A stretch of 64,000 nucleotides of DNA. It comes from a virus (Duplodnaviria > Caudoviricetes). Shown here one piece after another: positions 19,773 to 28,913 of the stretch. Location of the stretch: the IMG/VR virus record IMGVR_UViG_2623620552_000001, positions 18,464 through 82,463 of that record. One strand, written 5' to 3'. The translations under genes and the position numbers were made by a program. Position 1 is the stretch's first letter. Every line of letters begins with the position of its first letter. The notes under the pieces were generated by a model, which did no database searches, was not told the origin of the DNA, and saw only the letters and a list, made by a program, of their open reading frames with translations.

Positions 19773-19988
19773 ATGGAAGAAAAGAGATTAAGAGGTTTCC
19801 CGATAAGTTTCAATATCTATGCGGAGAGCGAGGAAGAGGTTGAAGAGGCTCGTATGGCTATTATTGCTTTCATTGGCTTACACGCTTCACAATGTAGGGC
19901 TGTCACGGCAAAGAAAGTAGCACAAGCCTTATCCAACTGGGATAAGAACCCAATAGTAAAGAATCATATAATCAATTATTTCAAGTGA
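19773..19988 (+). CDS. Hypothetical protein
   Basis: 71-aa ORF in a tightly packed operon. Confidence 0.75.
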   Translation: MEEKRLRGFPISFNIYAESEEEVEEARMAIIAFIGLHASQCRAVTAKKVAQALSNWDKNPIVKNHIINYFK

Positions 19989-19989
19989 T

Positions 19990-20268
19990 ATGGAACAGAC
20001 AAATCAGAATCAGTTTAAGTGTTCGGGCAACTGTCTACAATGTTTGCCTGCACAGAGAGCGTATTGCTCCTCACAGCACGCTTACTCCAATATGAAAGTC
20101 CTTGATATGGTTGCCAAGGCGGTGCTGAGTATGCAAGGAGAGATTAGTGTTATCAAAGAGAAGATAGAGACTATACAGAATAACGAGGCTAACATCTTTG
20201 ACCCTAGTATAGCGCAGAAAGGGGACGGCGCAGTAATAGAGCCCCAAAATAATTCACTTAACATTTAA
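19990..20268 (+). CDS. Hypothetical Cys-motif protein
   Basis: 92 aa; CSGNCLQC...YC followed by a coiled coil. Confidence 0.8.
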   Translation: MEQTNQNQFKCSGNCLQCLPAQRAYCSSQHAYSNMKVLDMVAKAVLSMQGEISVIKEKIETIQNNEANIFDPSIAQKGDGAVIEPQNNSLNI

Positions 20269-20273
20269 CTATT

Positions 20274-20720
20274 ATGGCTTGTAACAATGGAAAGACATTC
20301 GTGGTTAGTTTGACTACGGTGCCTGGCGGTACCGCCGCCAATGCCAACTATCTGTTGGCTCTCGACCACTTTACTTGTGGTAACAAAAAATTATGTATTA
20401 ATGAGTCCTATCCGGTAACGGCTGATCTGAAAGCAACAGCTATCGGTCTGCCTGTCGATGTAGGCAATGGAACGTTCTGTCAAGAGGTGCTTATCAACGG
20501 TACGGTAAACTATATGCCGTTCAAATGTGGGTGCCAGTGTGGAGTATGCCCTGTGACGGAGAGTATTTACTGTTCTATCTGTGTTCCTTGCTCGTCAGCA
20601 GCGACACCGACACTTGCCGTAGGAGCATCGAAAGCTGCACCAACAAACGTTCAGCCCTGTTGCAATGTGACTAACTGCGTGGCTATCACCACAACGCTCA
20701 ACGTAACGACTGGTGCATAG
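20274..20720 (+). CDS. Cys-rich beta-structured hypothetical protein
   Basis: 148 aa with 14 Cys (CGCQCGVC, CSICVPC, PCC), Thr/Val rich. Confidence 0.85.
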   Translation: MACNNGKTFVVSLTTVPGGTAANANYLLALDHFTCGNKKLCINESYPVTADLKATAIGLPVDVGNGTFCQEVLINGTVNYMPFKCGCQCGVCPVTESIYCSICVPCSSAATPTLAVGASKAAPTNVQPCCNVTNCVAITTTLNVTTGA

Positions 20721-21084
20721 TATGGAATGGATTGATATTGCGGGTATCGTCTTTATCTGCGTAACGATGAACCATCTCGGACTGATAAGCAAGATAGAAG
20801 AGATATACGGTGGAAAAATCCCTATCCTCAACTGCCCTAAATGCGCAAGTTTCTGGATAACCTTTATATTCAGTCTATGGGAAGTATCATCGTTTTACGG
20901 AGTGATAAAGGTTCTCGCAATATCTTTCCTCGCAAGTTATATAGCTATATGGCTGGAATTATTAGAAGGATATGTAGATACTTTATATATTAGACTATAT
21001 GGGAAGATTTACGAAACCTCAGACAACACGCCTGCCGCAGATGCCGACAATGGTAATCCCGCAGGCTCCGTGCCCGAATTGTGA
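20713..21084 (+). CDS. Membrane protein with CxxC-xx-FW motif (DUF1360-like)
   Basis: Three hydrophobic segments and ILNCPKCASFW. Confidence 0.65.
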   Translation: MHSMEWIDIAGIVFICVTMNHLGLISKIEEIYGGKIPILNCPKCASFWITFIFSLWEVSSFYGVIKVLAISFLASYIAIWLELLEGYVDTLYIRLYGKIYETSDNTPAADADNGNPAGSVPEL

Positions 21085-21118
21085 AAAGACACAAGTCCGC
21101 AAGCATGGAAAGAAATAG
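20999..21118 (+). CDS. Possible 39-aa CxxC peptide overlapping the upstream gene
   Basis: MGRFTKPQTTRLPQMPTMVIPQAPCPNCEKTQVRKHGKK; not in the ORF track. Confidence 0.4.
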   Translation: MGRFTKPQTTRLPQMPTMVIPQAPCPNCEKTQVRKHGKK

Positions 21119-21268
21119 GTTCTCTTTCTTTTAAAAGTAGGCAGAAAAAAGTGCTGATTTAAGAGAAAAGGATATTGAAAGAAGATAAAAACCGTCTAAA
21201 AATCAGACAGTTACTTATCCTCTGGATTTAGTCCGCAGATAAAATAAAAATTTTAAAATTAAGAAAAA

Positions 21269-21751
21269 ATGACACAAGAAGAGATGAAGAAAGAGTTTAG
21301 TGCCCTCTATGATATGATGGCACGCTCAGAGAAAGTAGAGTATATGCACACCTTTGGTATGGTGCATAGGGAGATGATGGAATGGTTCATACAGAACAAG
21401 CCCGAACTCGCACAGGAATGGCTTGACAAGTTAGAATCTATCCGTTGGAAGAACTACCTCTCTCCGAAGGAAGCAGAAAAAATTGTTGCAAAGATGAATC
21501 CCCAGGCTCCGTGGAGCAAGGAACAGTGGAAACAAGCAATGGAGAAAGAAGGCTTTGAATTAGAGAAAGAACCTTGTTATAACCGTTGCGCTCTTTGGGT
21601 AACTATGGAGATGATTATGTCAGATTCTTCTGAAACGCTTTCAAAGTTTGTGCAAAGCGCAGACATCTTCAAGGTTGTCTATGGTCTTGCCGTTGACAAA
21701 CTTACCGACAAGGATAACGTTTTCAATATCCGACATTATTTTTCTCTCTAA
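21269..21751 (+). CDS. Hypothetical helical protein
   Basis: 160-aa ORF with an A-rich Bacteroidetes-type translation start context. Confidence 0.8.
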   Translation: MTQEEMKKEFSALYDMMARSEKVEYMHTFGMVHREMMEWFIQNKPELAQEWLDKLESIRWKNYLSPKEAEKIVAKMNPQAPWSKEQWKQAMEKEGFELEKEPCYNRCALWVTMEMIMSDSSETLSKFVQSADIFKVVYGLAVDKLTDKDNVFNIRHYFSL

Positions 21752-21754
21752 GCA

Positions 21755-22021
21755 ATGAATTATAGTGAGTTGATGCGAAGGAAACTACTTGAAGACATCT
21801 ACAATAAGATGTCCGACGAGGAAAAACGTACCTTTGTACAACTCACTTTACAAGATAAGAGCCATCAGGAGATTATGGAAGCGCTCTCCCGTCAGAGAGC
21901 ACAACTTGAAAGCATAGAGAAGAAACAGAACTGGGTAACCGATTTCGGTAGCGACGTAGCAGCAAACTTCCTCACTGACGGCCTTATATTCTTCGGGCGA
22001 AAGTTGTTCGGCAAACTATAA
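21755..22021 (+). CDS. Hypothetical protein
   Basis: 88 aa; amphipathic C-terminus DFGSDVAANFLTDG. Confidence 0.75.
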   Translation: MNYSELMRRKLLEDIYNKMSDEEKRTFVQLTLQDKSHQEIMEALSRQRAQLESIEKKQNWVTDFGSDVAANFLTDGLIFFGRKLFGKL

Positions 22022-22024
22022 CCA

Positions 22025-22525
22025 TCACTTTGCCGTGTTGGTTGAGGGTGGCAACTTTGTTTGTCGCCCTCTAACCGATTTATTAAGGATTAACTTAATC
22101 TTTGCTTTTATCTTCTCTGGATTGCGAGCGTCGTGGTTTGAAAGGCGCACAACGTGATAACCTAAACGCCATATCCCGCTACTTCGGTTAGTGTCTAATC
22201 GTCGTTGCTTAGTAGTAAAATGATACCCTCCATCTAATTCTACTATAGTTTTGATTTCTGGAAGATAAAGGTCTGCAAAATAGATGCGCCTACCTGTGTT
22301 TATAGGATACTGCCTAATAACCTTGTAACCGAGAGCGTTAATTGTACGAAATGTTATTCTTTCTGCTTCGGATGACTTTGCCATTAGGTCTGCACGCCTT
22401 AGACGTAGCCATTGCTCAGATATGCGCTTGCAACAACTTTTCTTCCGTTGGGTGTTTGTGGGCTTTGTACTTCGCGTAAGGAGTTTTTCTGAACTCGCAG
22501 CACACTTCGTATTCTTCGTAATCAT
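22025..22525 (-). CDS. DUF559/Vsr-like endonuclease
   Basis: RQYPI...YFADLY....IVELDGGYH...D..R......GYHVVRLSN. Confidence 0.8.
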   Translation of the reverse strand: MITKNTKCAASSEKLLTRSTKPTNTQRKKSCCKRISEQWLRLRRADLMAKSSEAERITFRTINALGYKVIRQYPINTGRRIYFADLYLPEIKTIVELDGGYHFTTKQRRLDTNRSSGIWRLGYHVVRLSNHDARNPEKIKAKIKLILNKSVRGRQTKLPPSTNTAK

Positions 22526-22537
22526 CTTCCATAGTTA

Positions 22538-22777
22538 CTACTTATTAAAAACTCTCGCCCAGAATCCTCGTTCTCTTAACATAGTGATGTTAAAACGCAA
22601 CTCCTCGATAATCTTGGATTTTACTTCTTTCTCTTCTTCTAAACTCTTCACGCAGCTTTCAAGGAACTTGTTCGTAGACTCAGCAGTCTCCAACTTGGAC
22701 TGAACATTACGCAACTCCGACTCCAAAGCACGATACGCTGTTAGAGATGGCCGAAATCTCTTCTTCTTTTCTTCCAT
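22538..22777 (-). CDS. Coiled-coil hypothetical protein
   Basis: 79 aa ending RGFWARVFNK. Confidence 0.7.
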   Translation of the reverse strand: MEEKKKRFRPSLTAYRALESELRNVQSKLETAESTNKFLESCVKSLEEEKEVKSKIIEELRFNITMLRERGFWARVFNK

Positions 22778-22784
22778 AACTATA

Positions 22785-23090
22785 CTATTTATTATATTTG
22801 ATATGCTGCTTTTTCATTAAATCTATGATAAGGTTCTGCATCTTTTCTAATACAAACTCTTTGGTTTCTATCTCTCTGATAAAAAGGGGATGAAAATGAT
22901 ACTTAACATTATTGTAAAAAATGTCGTCTTTCTCTTTTCCTTCTGATACTTTCACCATTATGCGGAACTTAGGAACATAGATGTCCGCTTTAACAGGTGT
23001 CTTGCCTTTGAAAGTAGTAAAGAAATGAATCTTTTTCTCTGTAAGGAAGTTAACAAGAACATCTAATTTTGCTTTTTGGTTATTTGTCAT
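22785..23090 (-). CDS. Hypothetical protein, possibly a degenerate Vsr-like fold
   Basis: KADIYVPKFRIMVKV resembles the ADLYLPEIKTIVEL segment of its neighbours but lacks the ExDG..H motif. Confidence 0.55.
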   Translation of the reverse strand: MTNNQKAKLDVLVNFLTEKKIHFFTTFKGKTPVKADIYVPKFRIMVKVSEGKEKDDIFYNNVKYHFHPLFIREIETKEFVLEKMQNLIIDLMKKQHIKYNK

Positions 23091-23095
23091 TGTTC

Positions 23096-23560
23096 TTATT
23101 GTTTTATGTTAAACTTATTTGCGTTTATCTTCTCGTATATCATCTTAAGTTGTTCTCTTTGTCTCTTTAGCCTCTCTTTTCGGTTTTCACTTAGAACTAC
23201 TTTTTCTTTCTTTTTATTCTTGCTATCTTTAATAGCCTCATATAGGGATTGAACAATTATTCTATCGTAACATTCACTATTTGAGATTCGAAGTGTTTTA
23301 ATACCCTTCTTCTTTAGAATAAAATCCCTTTCTTTGTCCTTTTCTTGTCTCTGAGAATGAGAACTTCCGTCTATCTCTATTGCAACTTTATAATCTTTTA
23401 TGTATATATCAATAAAATACTGGTGCGTTCCGCTTTTTACATAGTATTGGCAAATTGCTTTCTTCTTTAACTTAGGAGGAAGATGTGAAAATATCCACTC
23501 TTCTTCTCTTGTTCTGCTTTCTAAGAGCTTTTTTCTTGTAGTCTTTGCCCAATTATTCAT
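23096..23560 (-). CDS. DUF559/Vsr-like endonuclease
   Basis: YFIDIY....VAIEIDGSSH....KDKERD..L...GIKTLRISN. Confidence 0.8.
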   Translation of the reverse strand: MNNWAKTTRKKLLESRTREEEWIFSHLPPKLKKKAICQYYVKSGTHQYFIDIYIKDYKVAIEIDGSSHSQRQEKDKERDFILKKKGIKTLRISNSECYDRIIVQSLYEAIKDSKNKKKEKVVLSENRKERLKRQREQLKMIYEKINANKFNIKQ

Positions 23561-23589
23561 TATTATATATGTTATAATATTTTACTACT

Positions 23590-23989
23590 GGAAGCCTTCT
23601 GCGAGCATACGAGAGTTTTACAGGGGTTTCATCCCCTCCGAACTCTCATTGCGTGCTTACTGACTGTTGAGCCCCATAGCATCACACACGGCCTAAAGCA
23701 ACATTGCTACTCTTCGGCTAACGGTTTTAGCGGCTTTGTCGCCAGGCACGAGGGTAATCCGTCCAAGTTCCAACCTCTCCGCCGTGTGCTGCCCCTTGCG
23801 GTAGTTTATAGTCCAATGATGCGGGGTCAAAACTCTCAAAAATGCCTTCTTACATCAGACTTAGGAATCATAAAATGAAACCCCGAAAGCACTGGAACTA
23901 CTTTCGAGGTTTTATCGTATAGCCTTTCGGCGATTTACTTCTTATTCTCAGCAATAAGTTCCAGTTATCGCTTTCAAGGTGCAAAATTA
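23590..23989 (-). ncRNA. Candidate large structured non-coding RNA/leader
   Basis: About 400 nt with no ORF in the track, GC-richer than its flanks, with several nested stems and a - strand TAATTTTGCAC promoter at about 23979-23989. Confidence 0.6.
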
Positions 23990-24116
23990 ATAGTAAATTC
24001 TCATTTTAGCAAGGAAATTCTCTAAAAATATCTTAAATATCTCCGTGTTTTACTAAAATAATATTAATTTATTAAGTTTTTTCTCTCAATCTTAATATTA
24101 TCTGAAACATTATTAT

Positions 24117-24195
24117 TAATTTTGGAGTGTAAAAGTTAATAATTAATAGAGAATAGTTTAACAATACATTATTAATATAAGGAGATACAACAATG
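24117..24195 (+). promoter_or_regulatory. Early-type promoter TAATTTTGGAGTG plus AGGAGATACAACA-ATG leader
   Basis: Promoter and/or leader recur at 24322, 29354-29398, 32891-32944, 34489 and, on the - strand, at 48393, 48681 and 61299. Confidence 0.75.
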
Positions 24196-24318
24196 AAAAA
24201 AGACCCAATGAATCCAATGACTTGGAATTCCGACCAATGGAAAGACGCTCTTATCGGAGCAGTATTAACATCCTTCCTTCTTGGAATGGTATCAGTAGTA
24301 ACATTTATTTTTCACTAA
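24193..24318 (+). CDS. 41-aa single-TM peptide
   Basis: MKKDPMNPMTWNSDQWKDALIGAVLTSFLLGMVSVVTFIFH, preceded by the conserved leader. Confidence 0.7.
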   Translation: MKKDPMNPMTWNSDQWKDALIGAVLTSFLLGMVSVVTFIFH

Positions 24319-24336
24319 TTTATAGGAGATACAACA

Positions 24337-25293
24337 ATGAAGATTAATTCTTTCGGCTCAATGCCACAGTCAGAGATTGCTCCCGTAGCAGTAGTAGAGG
24401 AAGTTCGGAACGAGAATCAGTTCTTCGATTTCGAGAAAGCCAAAGTCCAGGAATTATCCTTGGACCAGTTAAAGCGCACCGTAAAGGAGAATCGCGGCGA
24501 TGACCGCACCTGTCCTCACGGTATCTATCATTTCGCCCTTGTTCAGCAGATATTGGATATGTGCGCTGAACACGGCTACAACGCAGAGGTTTACGACCTC
24601 TTTGCCACTAACAACCGAGACAAGCAAACTCCCGGTGTTTCCCTTAACCCTGAGATTGAAGCAAAATACGGTGAGCGTGCCGTAGAGGCTCACACCCTTC
24701 GTCGAATCTATGCCAACATCCGATTGAAGGACTTCGATACAGACGAGGTGACAACCAATCTTGCTGTTGCCTATACTCAGAAAGGTATTCAGTTAGGGTT
24801 CGGACGCAACGTAATGGTGTGTCACAACCAGTGTATGCTGGGTAGCGGACGTTTTATCTCGGATTATCAGTGTCGCAAGGACACAGCGAAAGCAACCTTA
24901 CAAGGTATGCTCCAGACCGTAGGCTCATGGCTTACCAACGCTCAGAATATCACCATTGAGGACGATGCCACTATCGAGAGAATGAAAAGCAGCATTCTTA
25001 CCGCCGAGCAGATCTATACTATCCTCGGTATGCTGATGTCTATCCGTGTCGCCCACGACACCTCTGTAAAGTCTATCCGCTATAACGGCGAGGTCTATCC
25101 TCTGAATCAGGCGCAACTCTCTCAGTTTACCGAGAACCTGCTTGTCAAGCAGAAGGAAGAAGGTCGCATCACCGCATGGTCGTTCTACAATGCGGCTACA
25201 GACCTCTACAAGCCACAGAGTGCTGAAACGAATATGATTATGCCTCAGAACCTCTCAATGATAGAGTTTATGCGAGCACAGGAAATATTCTAA
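24337..25293 (+). CDS. DUF932-like phage protein
   Basis: 318 aa; GRNVMVCHNQC and C-terminal TAWSFYNAAT pattern. Confidence 0.65.
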   Translation: MKINSFGSMPQSEIAPVAVVEEVRNENQFFDFEKAKVQELSLDQLKRTVKENRGDDRTCPHGIYHFALVQQILDMCAEHGYNAEVYDLFATNNRDKQTPGVSLNPEIEAKYGERAVEAHTLRRIYANIRLKDFDTDEVTTNLAVAYTQKGIQLGFGRNVMVCHNQCMLGSGRFISDYQCRKDTAKATLQGMLQTVGSWLTNAQNITIEDDATIERMKSSILTAEQIYTILGMLMSIRVAHDTSVKSIRYNGEVYPLNQAQLSQFTENLLVKQKEEGRITAWSFYNAATDLYKPQSAETNMIMPQNLSMIEFMRAQEIF

Positions 25294-25300
25294 ATCTAAC

Positions 25301-25352
25301 AGGCGAACATCCTCCGGGGCGGGTACTTATAGGCTCGCCTCGGAGAAACGCC
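25301..25352 (+). terminator. GC-rich hairpin
   Basis: ggcg...ctccggggcggg / ctcgcctcggag...cgcc. Confidence 0.5.
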
Positions 25353-25370
25353 GTTAAAACGCGAATAAAA

Positions 25371-25514
25371 ATGGAAAAATCATTTGAAACAGCAAAGTAT
25401 CACAATAAGTGGGTGGTATTTGATAAAGTATCGCGCACTTTTACTGATATAGGCAAAGGACGCAAGTTCTGTGAGAAAAGAGTATTAGAGTTAAACAGTA
25501 TAACAAAAAATTAA
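25371..25514 (+). CDS. 47-aa hypothetical protein
   Basis: MEKSFETAKYHNKWVVFDKVSRTF...; fills the gap before 25519. Confidence 0.55.
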   Translation: MEKSFETAKYHNKWVVFDKVSRTFTDIGKGRKFCEKRVLELNSITKN

Positions 25515-25518
25515 GATT

Positions 25519-25845
25519 ATGGAATTATCAGATTATTTTGGAAGCATCGACTTGACAAAGTTAGGTCAGATTATTCGCTTACACCCAGAGTTAGTAAAAA
25601 CAGTAAACATGAAAGACGGAACGCAGCATAAGTTCCTCAACGTTGACATCAATGCGAAGCAGCAAGCCGACCAATACGGCAATGTCGCGTATCTGAAAGT
25701 GGCTTGCAAGAAAGCTGAGCAGAAGCAAGGCTTGAATTACTATCTCTGCGACCTACGTCTTTCGCAGAACCAGCAGCAGGCCGCCTCTCAACCACCGCAG
25801 CAGGCACAAGCGCCAGCGTCAACCAGTGACGATTTACCATTCTAA
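25519..25845 (+). CDS. Putative single-stranded DNA-binding protein
   Basis: Gln/Pro linker and acidic tail DDLPF. Confidence 0.65.
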   Translation: MELSDYFGSIDLTKLGQIIRLHPELVKTVNMKDGTQHKFLNVDINAKQQADQYGNVAYLKVACKKAEQKQGLNYYLCDLRLSQNQQQAASQPPQQAQAPASTSDDLPF

Positions 25846-25857
25846 TCCCCGTATAGT

Positions 25858-26757
25858 ATGAAAGACGAAAATATTGCCTTATTTAAGAGGTTTCTTAAAA
25901 CCGAAGGGTGCAACACCTTGTATGCCGGGATGTATAATCAATCACACCCCAAAGATGCTCCTGACGATGTAGAGATGTTTTTAAGAGAAGTTGATGCGAA
26001 AGATGCTATTCTTGGTGCTTTTGTATTCCCGGAGGGTAATAGTAACTTCGGTGTAAATTACTGGTTTGAAAAAGCCGTCAAGTGGGAGAAGACACTTGAA
26101 AGTGCTACCGCCAGCCAGTTCTACGCATACTGCTACCATAACAAGGAAAGTGTTTCAAGAGAAGCAGCGAGACCACTTAATAAAGTGAATACCTATCTGC
26201 ATACTTACAGCACAGAAGTAACAGGAATAGAGAGAGCCTTGCAAACTCAGTCAAAAGAAACGAAGAAGCAAAGCGAACCCGTGAAACTTGACGCATGGAG
26301 TAGCAATAGAAAAACCGAAGAGCCCGTAAAACAGCCCGATGTTCCTCTACAACATAGTGTAACAGAAGAGCAGATGGCTCTAAGCGGTTTTAAACTTTTC
26401 TCCATAACAAAGAAAAGCTCTGAGAGGCTCAAAGAGGACGAGGTTACTATCAATACTAAGTCGGGGAACCGCTTCTGCTTTAACAAGAAGCTTTCAGAAG
26501 AGATTAAAGATGCACGTCACGAATACATCCATATATATTCAAAGGAGAACACCATCTACATGCTCTTCGACGACAACGAAAAAGATGCTATAAAGTGGCG
26601 CATAAACAGTTGCAATGTTGTTTTTAGTAGCAAACAGCTTGTTTCAAATATCTGCGAGTTCTTTAATATCAAAGAAGAGCAAACAACTTTGCATATCTCT
26701 AAGAACATGAGCAAGACATCTAACAACTTGTTCTATAAAATCACTAAATCAAAATAA
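25858..26757 (+). CDS. Hypothetical protein
   Basis: 299-aa ORF in the early operon. Confidence 0.8.
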   Translation: MKDENIALFKRFLKTEGCNTLYAGMYNQSHPKDAPDDVEMFLREVDAKDAILGAFVFPEGNSNFGVNYWFEKAVKWEKTLESATASQFYAYCYHNKESVSREAARPLNKVNTYLHTYSTEVTGIERALQTQSKETKKQSEPVKLDAWSSNRKTEEPVKQPDVPLQHSVTEEQMALSGFKLFSITKKSSERLKEDEVTINTKSGNRFCFNKKLSEEIKDARHEYIHIYSKENTIYMLFDDNEKDAIKWRINSCNVVFSSKQLVSNICEFFNIKEEQTTLHISKNMSKTSNNLFYKITKSK

Positions 26758-26766
26758 AAGAAAGCT

Positions 26767-27246
26767 ATGAGAAGTAAAACAGCAACATGGTTCGTCTGCG
26801 GTATTCGTTACGAAAAGACCCTAGAGGACGGAACACAGAAGAAAGTCACAGAACAGTATGTAATTGATGCCCTCTCTTTTACGGAAGCAGAAGAGCGCAT
26901 CACAGAAGAGATGTCCGCATATATTAGCGGCGAGTATGAAGTTAAGACTTGTGCCTTTGCGCCTTTTCGTGAGATATTCTTCTCCGGCGACGATAATGCC
27001 GACAAATGGTATAAAGCAAAGATTGATTTCATTTCTTTCGACGAGAAAAGCGGCAAAGAGAAACGTTCACACAACTACTACCTCGTACAGGCGGGCTCTA
27101 TCGGCAGTGCATTGTCAAACATTGATTTCGTTATGAGCGGTACTATGCTTGACTACGTTGTGATGTCTATACAGGAAACACCCGTCGTAGATGTCTTTGA
27201 ATATAAAGTAAAGCCCGATGACGGAGGAGAGCAGACTGAGGCGTAA
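26767..27246 (+). CDS. DUF4494-like Bacteroidetes protein
   Basis: WF.C.IRYEK..EDG.QKKVTE.Y.IDALSFTEAE signature. Confidence 0.85.
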   Translation: MRSKTATWFVCGIRYEKTLEDGTQKKVTEQYVIDALSFTEAEERITEEMSAYISGEYEVKTCAFAPFREIFFSGDDNADKWYKAKIDFISFDEKSGKEKRSHNYYLVQAGSIGSALSNIDFVMSGTMLDYVVMSIQETPVVDVFEYKVKPDDGGEQTEA

Positions 27247-27409
27247 GCAAAAAGACCATGAGCGTTACATCGCTTCCTGTGAAGAGCGCAAAGAATATCA
27301 ACGCATCTATTACGCAAACCATAGAGAGCGGTGTATCGTTTCTGTAAGAGAAGCCGAAAGAAAACGAAAACTTAGAGAATTATGCAAGAAGAAAGGTTAT
27401 GCCAACTAA
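27218..27409 (+). CDS. Small basic hypothetical protein
   Basis: 63 aa, Arg/Tyr-rich, overlapping its neighbours. Confidence 0.5.
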   Translation: MTEESRLRRKQKDHERYIASCEERKEYQRIYYANHRERCIVSVREAERKRKLRELCKKKGYAN

Positions 27410-27582
27410 AATCTTTCCAAGAGCAGATGAAGACCTTACGGAAAGACGACTCGCTACTAACAGGGGTTACATTTAATACTCTTGCTGGCGATATTAGAAT
27501 AGTAAAGAAAGAAGTTGCTGTCTTCTTGTTGGATAGCGTCATAAAGTATATTAAAGACGAAATTAAATACAACGAAAGATGA
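27382..27582 (+). CDS. Hypothetical protein
   Basis: 66-aa ORF coupled to the next gene. Confidence 0.5.
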   Translation: MQEERLCQLKSFQEQMKTLRKDDSLLTGVTFNTLAGDIRIVKKEVAVFLLDSVIKYIKDEIKYNER

Positions 27583-27794
27583 AAAGACTTGTTAGACTTA
27601 AAGATAAAGAAACAAAGGAGATATACTCTTACTCTTCCATCACCGAACTAATCCGACGTAATGGAGAAGAAGCGCTTGGAATATCCTTGCAATCCCTATA
27701 TAACGCGATGAGTACCAATAAAGGAAGATGGGGGAACGACAGGTATGAGGTATATTACGAAACCATAGAACTTGGTAACAAGGAATGGAGATAG
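27579..27794 (+). CDS. Small HTH-like protein
   Basis: 71 aa; ALGISLQSLYNAM. Confidence 0.6.
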   Translation: MKRLVRLKDKETKEIYSYSSITELIRRNGEEALGISLQSLYNAMSTNKGRWGNDRYEVYYETIELGNKEWR

Positions 27795-27798
27795 GGAT

Positions 27799-28515
27799 AT
27801 GAAAAAGGTTACATATTGCAATCTTACACAGAAAGAGGCTTTGGAATATACTTCAAAACTAGTAGATTTCGGGCTATCTCTACTTATCTATGCTGCACTG
27901 AATGAGTTGCTCACCTCACACAACTATCTTCGGCAAAGCAAGTATTACAAGCAAAAGGTAAAACTTCGGGCAAACGAAGCTTTGCGGCTACGGAATAGAA
28001 AGATTGATGAACTTAGAAACGCCGTTTACCGTAAAGACTTCTCCGAAACCTATTAGGATTCGGTGATAGACATCTGCGAAGATGACGTAAAAACGTTAAG
28101 AAATGCTATTCAGAAAGTTCTTAAAGAAGGAGGTGTCGAAGATGCGGAGTTGTTTAGTCATATTGAAGTTACGAGGATACTATTAGAATCTTCTATCTAC
28201 CACTTTGAGGAGATAATGAATGATTGCACCAACAAGTTCCTTTCGGCGAATAGCAAGGAGATGAAAGGGCTTGAACTAAGGAAAATCTTTGTTGAGTTTA
28301 ACATAGAAAATATCTTCAAAGAATGGGATACAATGTGCGACCTTATCTACGATAGTAAAAAGATTGCAATAGATTTGAATAAAGAAACCATTTCTAATGC
28401 TTTTAATAATATTGCTGACAAGTTTGCAAGAGGTGAGTATATTGATGCTTGTCTTGAAGTTGCAAAGAGAGAATATCCCGAATTTTCAAACGCCAAAGTA
28501 ATTAGAGAAGAATGA
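27799..28515 (+). pseudogene. Hypothetical gene interrupted by one in-frame TAG (28054-28056)
   Basis: ORFs 27772-28056 and 28063-28515 are in the same frame: ...FSETY*DSVIDICEDD... Confidence 0.6.
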
Positions 28516-28913
28516 AGTATGACGAGTTAAAAGCAATGCTGGCGAAAGAAAAGAAGCCACAACGGCACAGACACCTTGAAGGCGATATACAAGAAGCCTG
28601 CGTGAAATACTTTCGCTATGCCTATCCTAACTATATTATCTTTTCTGTTCCTAACGGCGGCACAAGAAATAGTAGAGAGGCTGTTCAATTAAAGCGTGAA
28701 GGTGCCCTTGCTGGTGTAGCGGATCTCGTTGTTGTTATAGAGGGTGCTGTTTTGTTCGTGGAGATGAAAACAAAGAACAATAAGCAACAGGAGAGCCAAA
28801 AGGTGTTCCAGAAGAACGTAGAGCGGTTAGGTCATCAGTATTCCGTATGCCATAGCTTACAAGAATTTCAGTTAGCAATAGAACGTTTTATTAAAGATAG
28901 ATTTGGTATATGA
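28512..28913 (+). CDS. VRR-NUC domain nuclease
   Basis: E..IQ...VPNGG.R....A..LKREG..AGVADL......FVEMK......SQK.F. Confidence 0.88.
   Translation: MKYDELKAMLAKEKKPQRHRHLEGDIQEACVKYFRYAYPNYIIFSVPNGGTRNSREAVQLKREGALAGVADLVVVIEGAVLFVEMKTKNNKQQESQKVFQKNVERLGHQYSVCHSLQEFQLAIERFIKDRFGI

Noticed and set aside
23590-23860. Group I intron (GACTATAA resembles the R element)
   Set aside because: No matching S element (AUAGUC) and no interrupted host gene were found.
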